From Lama guanicoe (taxonomy: Eukaryota): 64,000 bases of DNA. Of the stretch, positions 13,221 to 25,468 are shown piece by piece. The DNA lies in assembly GCA_013239625.1 (NCBI GenBank), contig MU053379.1, positions 630,490 to 694,489 of the forward strand, read 5' to 3'. Below the pieces are notes generated by a model. It searched no databases, was not told the DNA's origin, and saw only the letters and a program-made list of their open reading frames with translations. How positions within the stretch are numbered: the first letter of the stretch is position 1; each line of letters starts with the position of its first letter. The position numbers and the translations under genes were made by a program.

Positions 13221-14942
13221 AATATAAAAATAATCTTTCTTTGCCAAACAATACCCTCCTACTGCCTTTTTAAATGACAATATTAACTGAACACATGGTC
13301 CAAAAAATAAAAAGACTTAATGGGGATAAGGAAAGATTTGCAGTGGCTGTTAGGTTGGATATAATGTACAGGCTGGTCCAAATTCCTGGCACATTCTGGG
13401 CCCAAGCTAATAATTTCCATCATTCTCTCTTAAGCTTTTAAATTACATGTATTCCAAAATTGTGAAATGGAGTGGACTCTCCACTCATATTTTAGAAAGA
13501 ACAACAAAAGCATGTTTCTCTCTTGAAGTCAAAACCTCGAATGAATTCAGAGCAAGGTATTTTCCAAAGCTCTAAACAGAAAGGAAAGGTGACTCCATTT
13601 AGTAGTCTTTGTATTATTCCTAACAAAGAAAGAATAGGCTGTAATTTATGACCCCATCGACCTTCTCTAATAATGTGTAGCTGTCTTGTCAGATACTTTT
13701 GTATAGGCAGATGCAATAATCCATTTAAGCACATTTATTCACTGCCCGTAATGAATTTTGGAGCATCTACATGAGGAAGGAGTAATTTCTTAATTGGATA
13801 AGTAGAAAAATTATTTTTGCACTGTTAGTAGAAAAAAAGATGCCTTAGAGACAACAAAAGTTTTTGTAAAGATTCCAGTTTCACACAAGTGCCATTTCCT
13901 AGGATGAGTCACCATATCTGAGTGCACATGTGCCCATGTGTGAGTGTGTGCACACAGGAGAACATGCACACACGTACATTATGGTATATTACGGTGATTG
14001 AGATCATTAATAAACTTGAAAACTCTCCCCTTATCAGCATAGCACACTGTCTGGCACCCCAACTGGACCCCAAAGTGTATCTTCAGTAAATGCTTGTTGG
14101 ACTAGTTAATTGAAGAACTGCTAAATGATGAATTATGCAGTGACATTCAATTCTGTGTTCTGAAACCTGACCCAGGATTGCAATCTCTGAAAGAGAAATT
14201 CTAAGTAACTCAGACAAATGGACATTCGGCACTTATGCTGCGGCAGGTGGCACTGGTGCCCCACTTAGATCCACATGACCCCTACAATTTCCATGTATTT
14301 TCATGCCTGACATCCAAACACCTGCATCTGTATTTCCTGGCCTGAGGGCTTTCCTGGTCCCCAAAGTCAACAGCCCTCCTTTCTGGCTGTGAAGAGTTGG
14401 TGGATCAACACCTCGGGCAGGGTAACTCTGACGCACGGGTTCTACTCTGTCTCCCAGAGTCCCTCATGGCCAGGGATAAGGGGGAGCTGAGCTCCAGCTG
14501 CCCATGTGGTAGCACATCTCCTATCGGGTGCCCTGCCCCCCAGTCTCCCTCTCTCTGCCCTACGGGTGCTTCCTGAGATCACATCCCCAAGAGCCGACGT
14601 CAGATCCTTGCTTCAGGATCAGCTTTCTGGGAAACACAAACTAAGACAGACATCTTTTATCATTTTACTCCTAACAAGACGCTCCTCAGGGGATCACGTG
14701 CCTGTGCTTGAAATGCAGTGAAAATGAGCCGGTGCCATCAACCAGCATGTTTCTGTGTGAAATCCAGACACTGATCTCTAATGACTGTCCCCATGACCCA
14801 CGATGAAGGGCATGTCTCTTCCCTAAGCAAGCACGGTTTGGCGGTGACTCAGCAGAGCTCCCCTGTCCTGAGCATGGCTGCCCCACCTACAAGCCTGAGA
14901 CACCTGTTAATTAGACGGAAGACATGCAAGCAAAGAAAACGT

Positions 14943-14948
14943 TTTAAT
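14943..14948 (-). terminator. BFSP1: Likely BFSP1 polyadenylation signal ATTAAA
   Basis: tttaat on the + strand, about 135 nt downstream of the stop codon, followed by a U/GU-rich stretch on the minus strand. Confidence 0.65.
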
Positions 14949-15081
14949 TAAGGCTTCATCGGTAATGCCAGACGGGCCAACTACGGTCTAATCCAAACAA
15001 GAATCCTCACTCTTGCATCGTTTGTTCTAAAATACAAAGCACTCTCCTACGATGGCCCCAGGGGATCCTCTCCCCTGGAGC

Positions 15082-16088
15082 CTAGGCGTTGGAAGAGCAT
15101 TTCTCTCCCAGTTTCTTCTTGTTTGCCTTTGTCTTTTCAATCATGGTCTCCACAATCACCGCAGTTTCTTCGTACGTCTGAATGCTCTCGGTGGAAATCT
15201 TCTCGATGGATTCCATCACTTCCACTTTCTCGTAGGCCAGCGTCCTGGGAGGGCTTCTGGCTGGCAGGCGGCTGCTCCGAGCCCCGTGCCCCTCGGACCC
15301 ACCCCGACTGACCTGAGGTTCCTGAGCCTGGGGTGGAGATGGTTCGTCTGGACCAGGCGTGACCACGGGAGAGGGCTCAGTGGCCCCTTCAGCCTCCTTC
15401 TGGCCATCCTGTTTCTCCTCAGGGCCCTCGAGTCCTTCAGCTTTTATCTCTTCCCCCTTGTCTGCAGTGGGCTGATCGGGTGGCTGTGCATCTTCTTTCT
15501 TCTGGGGAGGCGCCTCTCCATCCTCCTGACCATCTTCTTTTCCCTGGGGAGGTCCCTCTCCACCCTCTGGAGGGGGCTCGGGCTGCTGCGGGGAGGGCTC
15601 CACCTGACTCTCGGGAAGCACAGAGCCATCCCCCTTGGAAACCACCACGCCCCCTTTGGCAGGGACGGACAGGGAACAGAAGCCCGGGTCCACGAAATTG
15701 GCATCCCCAGAGACCAGCACGTACCGCCCTTTGGTGTGGAGGTCAGCGGGGGGCTCGGGTTCTTTGGGGCCTCTCACTCTCTCCTTGACCATCTTGCCTA
15801 GTTTTTCAAAGGCTTTGCTTATCTTCCCGCCGTCTGGGACATCCTCTGGAGCCCCTTCCGGGTTGGGGGGACTTGCTTCTTCACCCCCCGATTCAGGCTT
15901 AGACTCAGCCTCTTCTTTAAGCACCCCCCGCTCAGGCTTCGTGTCCTCTGGGCCTGTCAGGGGTGCGTCTTCCAGACTGTCATCCGCCTTGTCTTTCACT
16001 ATGATCTCCTTTTTCCTTGGAACGTTCTTGGGGAGGCCTTTTTGTCTTGGTTTTGCTGCTGTTATATCCTGCACAGCCCTGGCGAGAT
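15082..16088 (-). CDS. BFSP1: BFSP1 exon 8 coding part (tail domain)
   Basis: T14-cgaAG|AT CTC GCC. (D)[16 protein letters not shown]...[18 protein letters not shown]...[38 protein letters not shown]...SSNA*. Confidence 0.96.
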
Positions 16089-17946
16089 CTTCGAAAAAAA
16101 AAAAAAAGGAGGTGGGCAATGAGTCAAGTATAATCATCAATGAAAGAGGAAGAAAAGGTCTTTGTTGAAAGATACACTAATTATCTCAGAGCCACATGCC
16201 TAGCGCTGGGGTGGGGGTTGCTCTGTAGGAGCAAAAGCAACAGGGAAAGATCCATGGGGTCTGTAGCATCCACAGCACACACGGAGGTCCCAGCTTGGCC
16301 GACCACTGTGTGACTTTGGGCAAGTCACTTGACCTCTCTGGGCTTGCAGAAGGGAGGGAAGGCACCCACTGTCCCCATCACCCTGGGTACCACTTACTGA
16401 GCTATGCGCCCCTCCTGCAATAACACTGTGGGAGCAAGGCTCCTGTCCCCACCCCACCCCAGCTGAGCTCACAGCCGGTACTTGCATCCACAGACCAGAC
16501 AGTGGAACCCAATCCACGTGGTCATTCTCGCCTCAGGCTTCCCCAGAAACGGAGACACAGAGCTGCCTGGGCCTTTGACGGGTTAGGAGTGGCTTCGGGC
16601 ATGCGGATGGAATCCATCCACGGTCGCTCCCTTGGTCCACATGCACCCCAAGCTAAATAAACATGACCCTTGATCAGCATCCCCATCCTCCTAGACAACA
16701 AGAGGAAGTGATGCTGTTAAATTCAGAGCAGGAATCCCCTGCTCCTGAGGCCATACTCATTCCATCAGACCAGCCAAGAGGGAAAATGGAAAGTTTAAGA
16801 AAACACACTCTCTCACCCAGCCTCAGCCACGAGGTTTTCCAGCTTGACTCACACAGTAATTTTTTAACTTTTTCATCCTAAAGGTCTTTTCCAGTCCCTC
16901 TCCACTTCCCTTCATTAACCAGAGGACTGAGATGCACAGAACAAGACATGGTGGGGGGCGGTGCTGACCCTCAGTGACTGAGCAGGAAATGGCAGAAATG
17001 GGTCCTGAAGCCATGAGGGAGGAGGAGACACAGAGAGGGACACGGGAAGGAAGCCTGCTGGGCGCAGGTGTGGGAGAAGGGGTACCTGCATGGCCAGCTG
17101 CAGAATTTCAGGGCCCAGTGAGGAAGGAGAAAGCAGAGAGGGCCCCCAGCTCAAAGCTGGGAAGAATTTCCAGACAGTGGCAGCAGAGCATCAGACCAAG
17201 CGTGGGGACCCTCGGGAGCGCAGCGCAGCGCCCGGCACGGCCACACACCCCTGGAGCCGGCCCTGAGGGTCTGGGGACCGCCGCCCTTGCAGCAGTGCTC
17301 TGACTCTGGGACCCCATCTCCACAAAGCCCCCTGAGCTCTCTGAGACACGTGGATCAGCAGGCACCACAAGCACAGCAGCTCCCTTCTCCCCCGGGCACC
17401 GTGCGCTCAGGGCCGGGAGATTCAACTGCGAGCTGACAGCTCACAGGTGCATGACTCCATCCCCGAAGGACCAAATGCTGAAGGCAGCAGCCACACTCGC
17501 CCACCAAGCTCCTTCCACTCCGTTTTGAATGGAAGAGAAAACCAACAATAACTGACCATCTATTCTGCTCCAGATACCAGATTAAGCAACTTTGTACAAA
17601 ATAGTTCATTTAATTGGGGCTGGAGTCGGGGCACTGGGGAGAGATACAATTCAATAGTCACTTCTTGCCAAAGTAAATGTTGAATTATATTTTTAACCCC
17701 CAATTAAATGCTTCAAGTTCACAGAGGGCGTTCCCAAGGTGATTTTTCTCCCTGTGAATTTTTAGGCTCAGCCACTCAGCCCCTGTGGGAGAACGTCAGC
17801 GAGGGAGACGACACTTGACACAAAAGCACTGGACCTCCAGACGGATCGGAGGGGAGCGTGAACAGTCAGTCCAGGGAGAAAGCCACTCGATTTTTTCCCC
17901 TCTTTCCCGGGAGAGAAACTGGCAGAAGCCAGAGCTGGGGACTCAC

Positions 17947-18032
17947 CTTTCCCGCCGTGTCGAGGGCTGAGCAAGGCTCCATGGCTTGTGGTGTACAGAG
18001 TGATGGGGGTTTCAAAGAAGGCAGAGCTCAGC
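17947..18032 (-). CDS. BFSP1: BFSP1 exon 7 (86 nt)
   Basis: ttcctgccAG|G CTG AGC...AAA G|GTGAGT. LSSAFFETPITLYTTSHGALLSPRHGGK. Confidence 0.94.
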
Positions 18033-18994
18033 CTGGCAGGAAGAACCAGAAAGAGCGTGGTCGCCATCTGTGACTCATTGGGCCAGACAGATGGCTGGGG
18101 GTGGCGGGGGGTCGGGGGCAGGCTGGGCTCTCTCGTGTTGAGCAAAATGAAAAAGGCTGTGTCTAGATCCAAGTGCTCGTGAACCTCAAACACATTTACA
18201 CACTGGATGACAACGGAAAGGAAATAATCTCTCCTTTAAGCTCAAGTCATACACTGTGAAACACACTTAGAGAAAAATTGGAAGGCAGGGACTGCGGATA
18301 ATCTAAAAATGCCACTTCTCTGTTGAGCAGGGACTTGGTTTGGTTTGTTTGTTCTTTTTAATAAAATACTGGGCAGCCCAGGGTGAAGTATTTAGGATGT
18401 CTAGGGTATGACATCTTCAACCTTTTTTTGAAGTAATTGTATATAATTAGAGAGAACAGAAAGATAAAGCAATTGACACAACATGTAAACAGCTGGTGAA
18501 TCTAAGAGTACTCAGAATTCCCTTGCTCTGTGCCTGCAACATTTCTATCAGTTTGAAATTATATCGAAATTAGGAGTTATGTGTAAACCAATGAAAGGGT
18601 ATCCAGTTACCTTTTGGTGAAGCCCTGCTTCTAAAACAGAATTTTCACAAGGACATTTAGATGCCAGTTCAAGACCTATTTTTGTATGTGTGTGCACGAA
18701 GTGTTCACTGTGACATAAATATAATTTGGAGTTCCATACAATAGGTTGACCATAACTAGAGAAAGCAGAAGAAAATCTTGCTTTTCCTGCTACACATTAA
18801 GGCACTCACAGCCCAGACAGAGCCCCGGGGAGAGGGAAAGAAGAGCTCCTGGGCGGAAACTCCTGGGTGCTTCTCTTTTAATTTCATCTAAACTCAAAAA
18901 ATCAGCAAGACTGAATCGAAGAATCTCGACTTAATAGAAAATGCGAGTTGTTATGTGAGGCGGCTGCTCTCTGATACACACGCAGTCACGGTTA

Positions 18995-19612
18995 TGGACG
19001 CTGACACAGCCTAGATGTAGACATAGGCGTGGGTATAAACGATGTCAGACGCAGCTGCTGATTTGTACAGGTAGACCATGTGGAGGTAGGCGCAGAGGTG
19101 CAGGTACGTGAAGATGATGCAGCCACAGATGCTGCAGGTGTCAGTGAGACGTGGGTGTGGGGGAAGGTTTAGGTGATGCAGGCGTAGGTGTAGCTACAGA
19201 TCATGTAGCTGTGGGTTTATGTGTAGATGACACAGATGTACATGGTGTAGGTGTAGGTGTAGCTGCAGGTGATGCAGATGTGGGCTAGATGACGGAGACG
19301 TAGGTGTATGTGCAGACGACACAGACGCAGGTGATGCAGGTGCAGGTGTAGGTGTCAGTGGAGATGTCAGTGTAGCTGCAGGTATAGACAAGGCTGCAGG
19401 TGTCGACGGTGTAGGCGCAGCTACAAATGAGGTAGACAATGTAGACGTGGTGTGGATGGACACACAGGTAGGTGATGCAGCTGCAGAGGCAGACATAAGT
19501 GTAGGTACGGGTGGACACAGATGATACAGACCAGATAACTCAGAGTAGATGGTGGAGGTGGAGGTGGAGATGTGGACGATGATGAGATACAGACACAGAG
19601 GCAGAGGTATAC
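18995..19612. repeat. Degenerate ~6-bp-period low-complexity array, (GTGYAG/GATGYA)n
   Basis: Runs such as ggtgtaggtgtaggtgtagctgcaggtgatgcagatgt over about 600 nt in BFSP1 intron 6. Confidence 0.85.
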
Positions 19613-20176
19613 TTCCCAGTCACCTTGCGGGCAGCGGAGCTCAAGTCACAGTTCTATTATGTGGAGGACACCAGACAGCACACTGATAGCCATGTTACTG
19701 CCCCAACCAGATGCTAAACGTCATGATGGCAACATCAGTAATCAGCGTAATGACGCTGCACCTCTGAGCACCGGTGAGCTCCGGGTCCTGGGCGGGCCCC
19801 TCGCCTGCGGCATCTCGAGAGACTATCCTCTCTGCTAAGACACTGAACCCCGACAGGCCTGTGGAGCTGAAAGGAGCCTTCTCCATGAGGCCTTTCTGAT
19901 CACCCTACTTAAAATTTCAAACACTCCCACCATCACCCTCACCTCACCCCTCCTCCCTGCCCCACAATTCACTCCACAGACCTGTCACAGGTCACGCACG
20001 CACCCTCTGTTACGAACTCATTCAAGCTCCATGAGGCCATGGGTTTCGGTTTGAGTCCCTGCCACATGCCCACTGCCTGAACTGGCACACAGGAGGCACT
20101 CCGCAAAGATCTGGGAAAGCAGGTGGCCGGATGGAGCGGGCGCCGCGACCGCAGCCGAGCCCCACGGTCGCCACAC

Positions 20177-20397
20177 CTGTTGCCTTCGTTCTCAAGGATG
20201 CGATGATAGCGGTCCAGCTCGTTCCGCAGGGTCTGCTGGGCGACCACCAGCTGCCGGCAGTCATAGGACGACCTCTCCAGGCTCCTCTCCGCCTCCTCGA
20301 TCTCCCTCCGCAGGGTGTCGATCTGCTCGTTGTAGAGCTGAATCTCGTCATCGTAACACTCGTGGGCATCTTTAATAGCTTGCTCTAGGGCCGCTGT
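20177..20397 (-). CDS. BFSP1: BFSP1 exon 6 (221 nt; end of rod)
   Basis: cacAG|ACA...[35 protein letters not shown]...[16 protein letters not shown], which contains the divergent IF helix-termination motif. Confidence 0.95.
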
Positions 20398-22139
20398 CTG
20401 TGGGCAGAGACACCACCGTCAGGAAACCCTCCCACCCTCTCCCTGAAGACACGGGCTTGGCAGGGAGGCCCTGGACTCGGTGCACCCACTTTTGTTGGCT
20501 CTGCTGGCTTGTTTCTCTCTTCTCTGTCAGCAGAGAATCCTTAAGCCACAGAGGAATGTGAAAACAGAACCCCTTCTCCTTACACCTGCGTCAGCTCCCC
20601 CGAACCCAGCCCCTAACAGAGCCCTCCCCAGGGACAGCGGGAAGATGGTAAACCCGGAAAGTAACAAAACTGCTGTCCACGGAATAAAAGGTACAATTCA
20701 AATAAGTACATTCTTCATGCTTCACTGAGTTAGCATAAATGTGACAGCCGAAAAATAAGTAAAAAGGAGACTGGTCTGATGTCGTCCCATCTCACACATC
20801 TGAAGGGTCCCGGCATCCATGGGACCCCACTCTCCTGACCAAAGTCACAGAACCAGGACCCAGGCTGGCTCCTCTCCGGGACATCCCTCTCCGGGAAAGG
20901 AAGCTCAGAATAGCAGGCTCTAGACTCACTGGGACATGCGTGCAGAAGCTGAGAAGGCCTATTCTTCAGAAAGACACAGAAATGAAGCCAAAAGGCAAAG
21001 ACAACAGAGGTGAGTGAGCCTGGGAAAGAGAGGAAAGAGGGGATGAGGGAGACGGTGAGAGAGGGAGCAGCTGCCTCAGATCCTGGCTCCGAGCTCCTGC
21101 ACACAACCTGCTCCCAGACTTCATCCACCACCTCTATTACCTGAGCCTTTGTAGGGAAAATATCCTTCCAGCGGAGAAAGCCAGCAGACACCATCTTAAC
21201 AAAGTGATCCCAGTTGCACCCCCAGGTTGGAGGCACAGCCACACGATGCCCCAGGCCAGAGGCACCGAGGACACTCACGTGCTGTGCTCCTGCCACAAAC
21301 GCGGGGCCTCAGCCTAGTCCCAAGAACACACCAGGGAAGCCCCAGTGGAGGGACATTCCACAGAACAACTGGCCACCAAGGCCATGAGAAACAAAGGCAG
21401 AAACTGCTCCAGACCGGAGTAGGAGACAGGACATCTAAATGCATGAAGGATCCAGGACCAGGAAAAGCGACGTGGGTGGGGTAATGATGGATGAGAGTCA
21501 GGCAAGTCAGTTACAAGGTTGGTGTCACCGTCAACCACTGCACTGTGTTATTAAGATGTTGACCCCGGGGGAACTGCATGAAGAGTGTGGGAAATCTCTG
21601 TGCTATTTTGCAGCTTCTTAGACCTCTAAAATTATTGGAAAATAAACCAAAAAATACCCTTGCTATTTAAGCGAGTTTAACCAGGTTTTTTTCCTCACTA
21701 AAAATATCTCCATTCAATATATGAAACTGACACAACACTGTAAATCAACTATACTTCAATTTTTTAAAAGGTAGAGAAAAATTTTCCTGCCTCAGTCTTC
21801 TTAGGTCCCCAGACTCCTTTGGGTCCAAGGTCATTTCAAAGAGGAAAAAGAAATCAAGTGTCCTTCACTGATCACACTGTCTTACCAAAACTGGCCACCA
21901 GATGGTGCTAGGCGACTTCAATGAGAAATGACACCTTGCTTTCCGAGTAATGTGTGACTTTTTTCACTTTCCTGTCACAGAAACTCAGCTGACGCAATTT
22001 AGAGAACCCGAATGCCTGTCCTTTCTCTCCCACTGGTGAGAAGTGCCTTCCGCAGGGGTCTCCTGTGCAGTCTACGTTCGGCCTCAAAGGAGCGGCCCCC
22101 ACTTCCAACTGGGGTTCCGTTCCGGGCAACCTGCGGACC

Positions 22140-22300
22140 AGTGTTCTCCAATTCGAGCCCGCAGAGCCCCCTGAAGGGCTTGTTAAAAGAGATGGCTGGT
22201 CCCCGCCCCAGAGTTCCTGATTCAGCAGGTCTGGGATGGGCCTGTGAATGTGCGTTTCTGACAAGTTCCCAGGTGACGCTGACGTTGCCGGGTCAGGTAC
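22140..22300. mobile_element. MER5A-like relic; further copies at about 22650, 27760, 32250, 34620 and 43100
   Basis: cagtgttctcca...cttgttaaaa...ccccagagttcctgattcagcaggtctggg...tttctgacaagttcccaggtga. Confidence 0.7.
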
Positions 22301-22767
22301 CGCCCCCCGAGGACCCGGCTGTGGAGGGGCTGGACGCATCAGATGCCCTAACCCTTGGCGGAACCAGCTGCCGCAGCCCTGCCCACCCGCAGCGCTCCCT
22401 CGCCCACCCCCACCACGTCCCCAGCCACAGCACCGGCCCTGCCAGGGGCTACACCGCCCAATCTCCCTTGGAGCGCTCAGCCTAGCTACTCCATTGGGAA
22501 GGCACTAAAACCTTTTAAAGTCAGCAAGAAGTCAGCCATGACTATCTCTTGAATAGGGCTATGGAGGGTCTGAGCCAGGAACTCAGCTGGAGGTGGACCA
22601 GATGTAGAGCATTCTGGCCCAACATGGGACCTACCCTTTACATCAGTGTCTTCAGAGTGTAGCTCCTGGGCCAGCAGGAGCCTCTGGAAATTTAGAAATG
22701 CAGATTCTTGGGCCACGCCCACACCTACTGCGTCAGAAACTCTCCAGTGGGCTCTGCCACATCTGTG

Positions 22768-22925
22768 GGGTTTTTTAAATTATTTTTTAAATTAACTTTT
22801 GCTTATTTTGAGGGAGACGTAATTAGGAGTTTTTGAATTTATTTATTTTAATAGAGGTGCTGGGGATTGAACCCAGGACCTGTGCATGCTAAGCACCCAC
22901 TCTGCCACTGAGCGATACCCTCCCC
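22768..22925 (-). mobile_element. tRNA-derived SINE (same family), inserted in a MER5-like relic
   Basis: Reverse-complement A and B boxes (ggggattgaacccaggacc...ccactgagc). TSD ccacRtctgtg at 22757-22767 and 22926-22936. Confidence 0.88.
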
Positions 22926-22949
22926 CCACGTCTGTGTTCTAATTAGAGC

Positions 22950-23482
22950 TAATTAGGCAGACTTCTGGCCCCCATGACCTTTGCCCCTTAGCTTTAGACC
23001 CATGAATATGCTATGTTACACAGCAAAGGAACTTTGCACATGTAAGTGAGGCTCTTAATCAGTTGACCTTAAAAAATAGGGAGATTACTCCAGCTAATCC
23101 GTAATCGTATGAGCATGAGCCCTTAGGAGCAGAAACCAGAGAGATCCCAGCAGCCAGCAAAGGAATAGGACCCCCCCGTCCTTCTGGCCCACACAGAACT
23201 GAGTCCTGCCAGCAACAGGACTGGGACAGGAAGCAGGCTGTGGTCGCTTCTCGGCCTTTTGGCTGAGGTCAAGGGCAGGAAGCAGGTCGTCCCCCAAGAA
23301 CCTCAGGATAAGGGGGCCCCAGGCCGGCCAACACCTTTATTTCAGCCTTGTGAGCCGCAGAGCAGAGGCAGCGGCCCAGCCTGCCCAGACCTCTGACCTA
23401 CGGAGCTGTGATGTTACTCGGGACTGCTGCCTAGGCCCCACTTCGTGGTGATGTCTTCTGGCCACAAGAGAAAACTAACACA
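22950..23482 (+). mobile_element. MaLR (MLT1D/E-like) LTR
   Basis: tatgttacacagcaaaggaactttgcacatgtaa...ccagacctctgacctac...agaaaactaacaca. Confidence 0.65.
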
Positions 23483-24138
23483 AGTCATGTTTCATTAGAC
23501 CCACTGCTAGATTTTACCTATTATAAGCACATACACCATTATATAGGGAATGATTTGGTAATATTTTGATATCTAATTCAGCAGTTAATGTTTTGTTTCA
23601 CTGTAACTGGTTTCCTTTCAATAATATGTACTTTATATTATGCCTTCAACAACATTTTTCTGAGAAGGGGTCCAGGGGCCTCACCTGCTGGATGGGCAGG
23701 GGGTGGGGGTGGAGGGAGAGTGTGGCACAGAATGGAAGGTGAAGTCCCCCGGCTCAGAGAGGCAAGGACGAGTAAGTCCTCCTGCAGCCACTACGGGGGG
23801 AGACAAGTGCCAAGCAGAGACTTATTTCCCAGGCTCAGAAACTAGCCTAATCCTTTATGACATGTCCTGTTTGTACAGTCAGCAAATGCACATGTGTCCA
23901 CAGAGAGAGAAGCAGTCTTTTTGTCCTGGAACTGGACTTGAACACATCAGGCTGGGCTCTCTTGTCTTTCTCAGTCTCTAGGGCACAGTTTTCCAACTTT
24001 ATCACCATGACCACGGGAAGAGCCACATTTTACATCACAAACCACACACATCACATAAAGATATATGTATGTGTGTGCATCTGAACATATATATACTTAA
24101 ACACACACACATGTTTAAAGCAAAGGTGTCATAGAACA

Positions 24139-25468
24139 TCTTCAGCAAATGGTGTTGGGAAAACTGGACAGCAGCATGTGAAACAATGAAGCTAGAACAC
24201 ACCCTTACACCATATACAAAAATCAACTCAAAGTGGATTAAAGACTTAAACATAAGACAAGATACAATAAACCTCCTAGAGGAAAACATAGGCAAAACAT
24301 TATCTGACATACATTTCAAAAATTTTCTCCTAGAAGAAATAAAAGCAAGAATAAACAAATGGGACCTAATGAAACTTACAAGCTTCTGCAGAGCAAAGGA
24401 AACCAGAAATAAAACAAGAAGAAAACCTACGGAATGGGAGAAAATTTTTGCAAGTGAAACCGACAAAGGCTTGATCTCCAAAATATATAAGCAGCATATA
24501 CGACTCAATAAGGAAAAAATAACCCAATCCAAAAATGGGCAGAAGACCTAAACAAGCAATTCTCCAAGGAAGAAATACAAATGATCAATAGGCCCATGAA
24601 AAAATGCTCAATATCACTAATTATCAGAGAAATGCAAATCAAAACTACAATGAGGTATCACCTCACACCAGTCAGAATGGCCGTCATTCAAAAATCCACA
24701 AATGACAAATGCTGGAGAGGCTGTGGAGAAAGGGGAACCCTCCTACACTGCTGGTGGGAATGCAGTTTGGTGCAGCCACTATGGAAAACAGTGTGGAGAT
24801 TCCTCAAAAGACTAGGAATAGACTTACCATATGACCCAGGAATCCCACTCCTGGGCTTGTATCCAGAAGGAAATCTACTTCAGGATGACACCTGCACCCC
24901 AATGTTCATAGCAGCACTATTTACAATAGCCAAAACATGGAAACAGCCTAAATGTCCATCAACAGGTGACTGGATAAAGAAGAGGTGGTATATTTATACA
25001 ATGGAATACTACTCAGCCATAAAAACCGACAACATAATGCCATTTGCAGCAACATGGATGCTCCTAGAGAATGTCATTCTAAGTGAAGTAAGCCAGAAAG
25101 AGAAAGAAAAATACCATATGAGATCGCTCATATGTGGAATCTAAAAAACAAAAACAAACAAACAAACAAAAACAAAGCATAAATACAGGACAGAAATAGA
25201 CTCATGGACAGAGAATACAGACTTGTGGTTACCAGGGGGGTAGAGGGTGGGAAGGGATAGACTGGGATTTCAAAATTGTAGAATAGATAAACAAGATTAC
25301 ACTGTATAGCACAGGGAAATATACACAAAATGTTATGATAAATCACAGAGAAAAAAATGTGACAATGAGTGTGTATATGTCCATGAATGACTGAAAAATT
25401 GTGCTGAACACTGGAATTTGACACAACATTGTAAAATGATTATAAATCAATAAAAAATGTTAAAAAAA
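24139..25468 (+). mobile_element. 5'-truncated young LINE-1 (ORF2 C-terminus, 3' UTR, polyA) in BFSP1 intron 5, antisense to the gene
   Basis: ORFs 24186-24551 and 24581-25144 are L1 ORF2 ([33 protein letters not shown] zinc knuckle), with a frameshift near 24510. AATAAA at 25449-25454 and an A tail. 17-bp TSD aaaggtgtcaYagaaca at 24122-24138 and 25469-25485. Confidence 0.96.

Noticed and set aside
16089..16140. N-terminal part of the 352-aa ORF ([16 protein letters not shown])
   Set aside because: Translation of the intron 7 polypyrimidine tract.
15052..16168. 249-aa hydrophobic and 177-aa Ser-rich + strand ORFs
   Set aside because: Antisense of the Glu/Lys-rich BFSP1 exon 8. The Leu/Phe/Ser richness mirrors GAG/AAG codons and is not a membrane protein.
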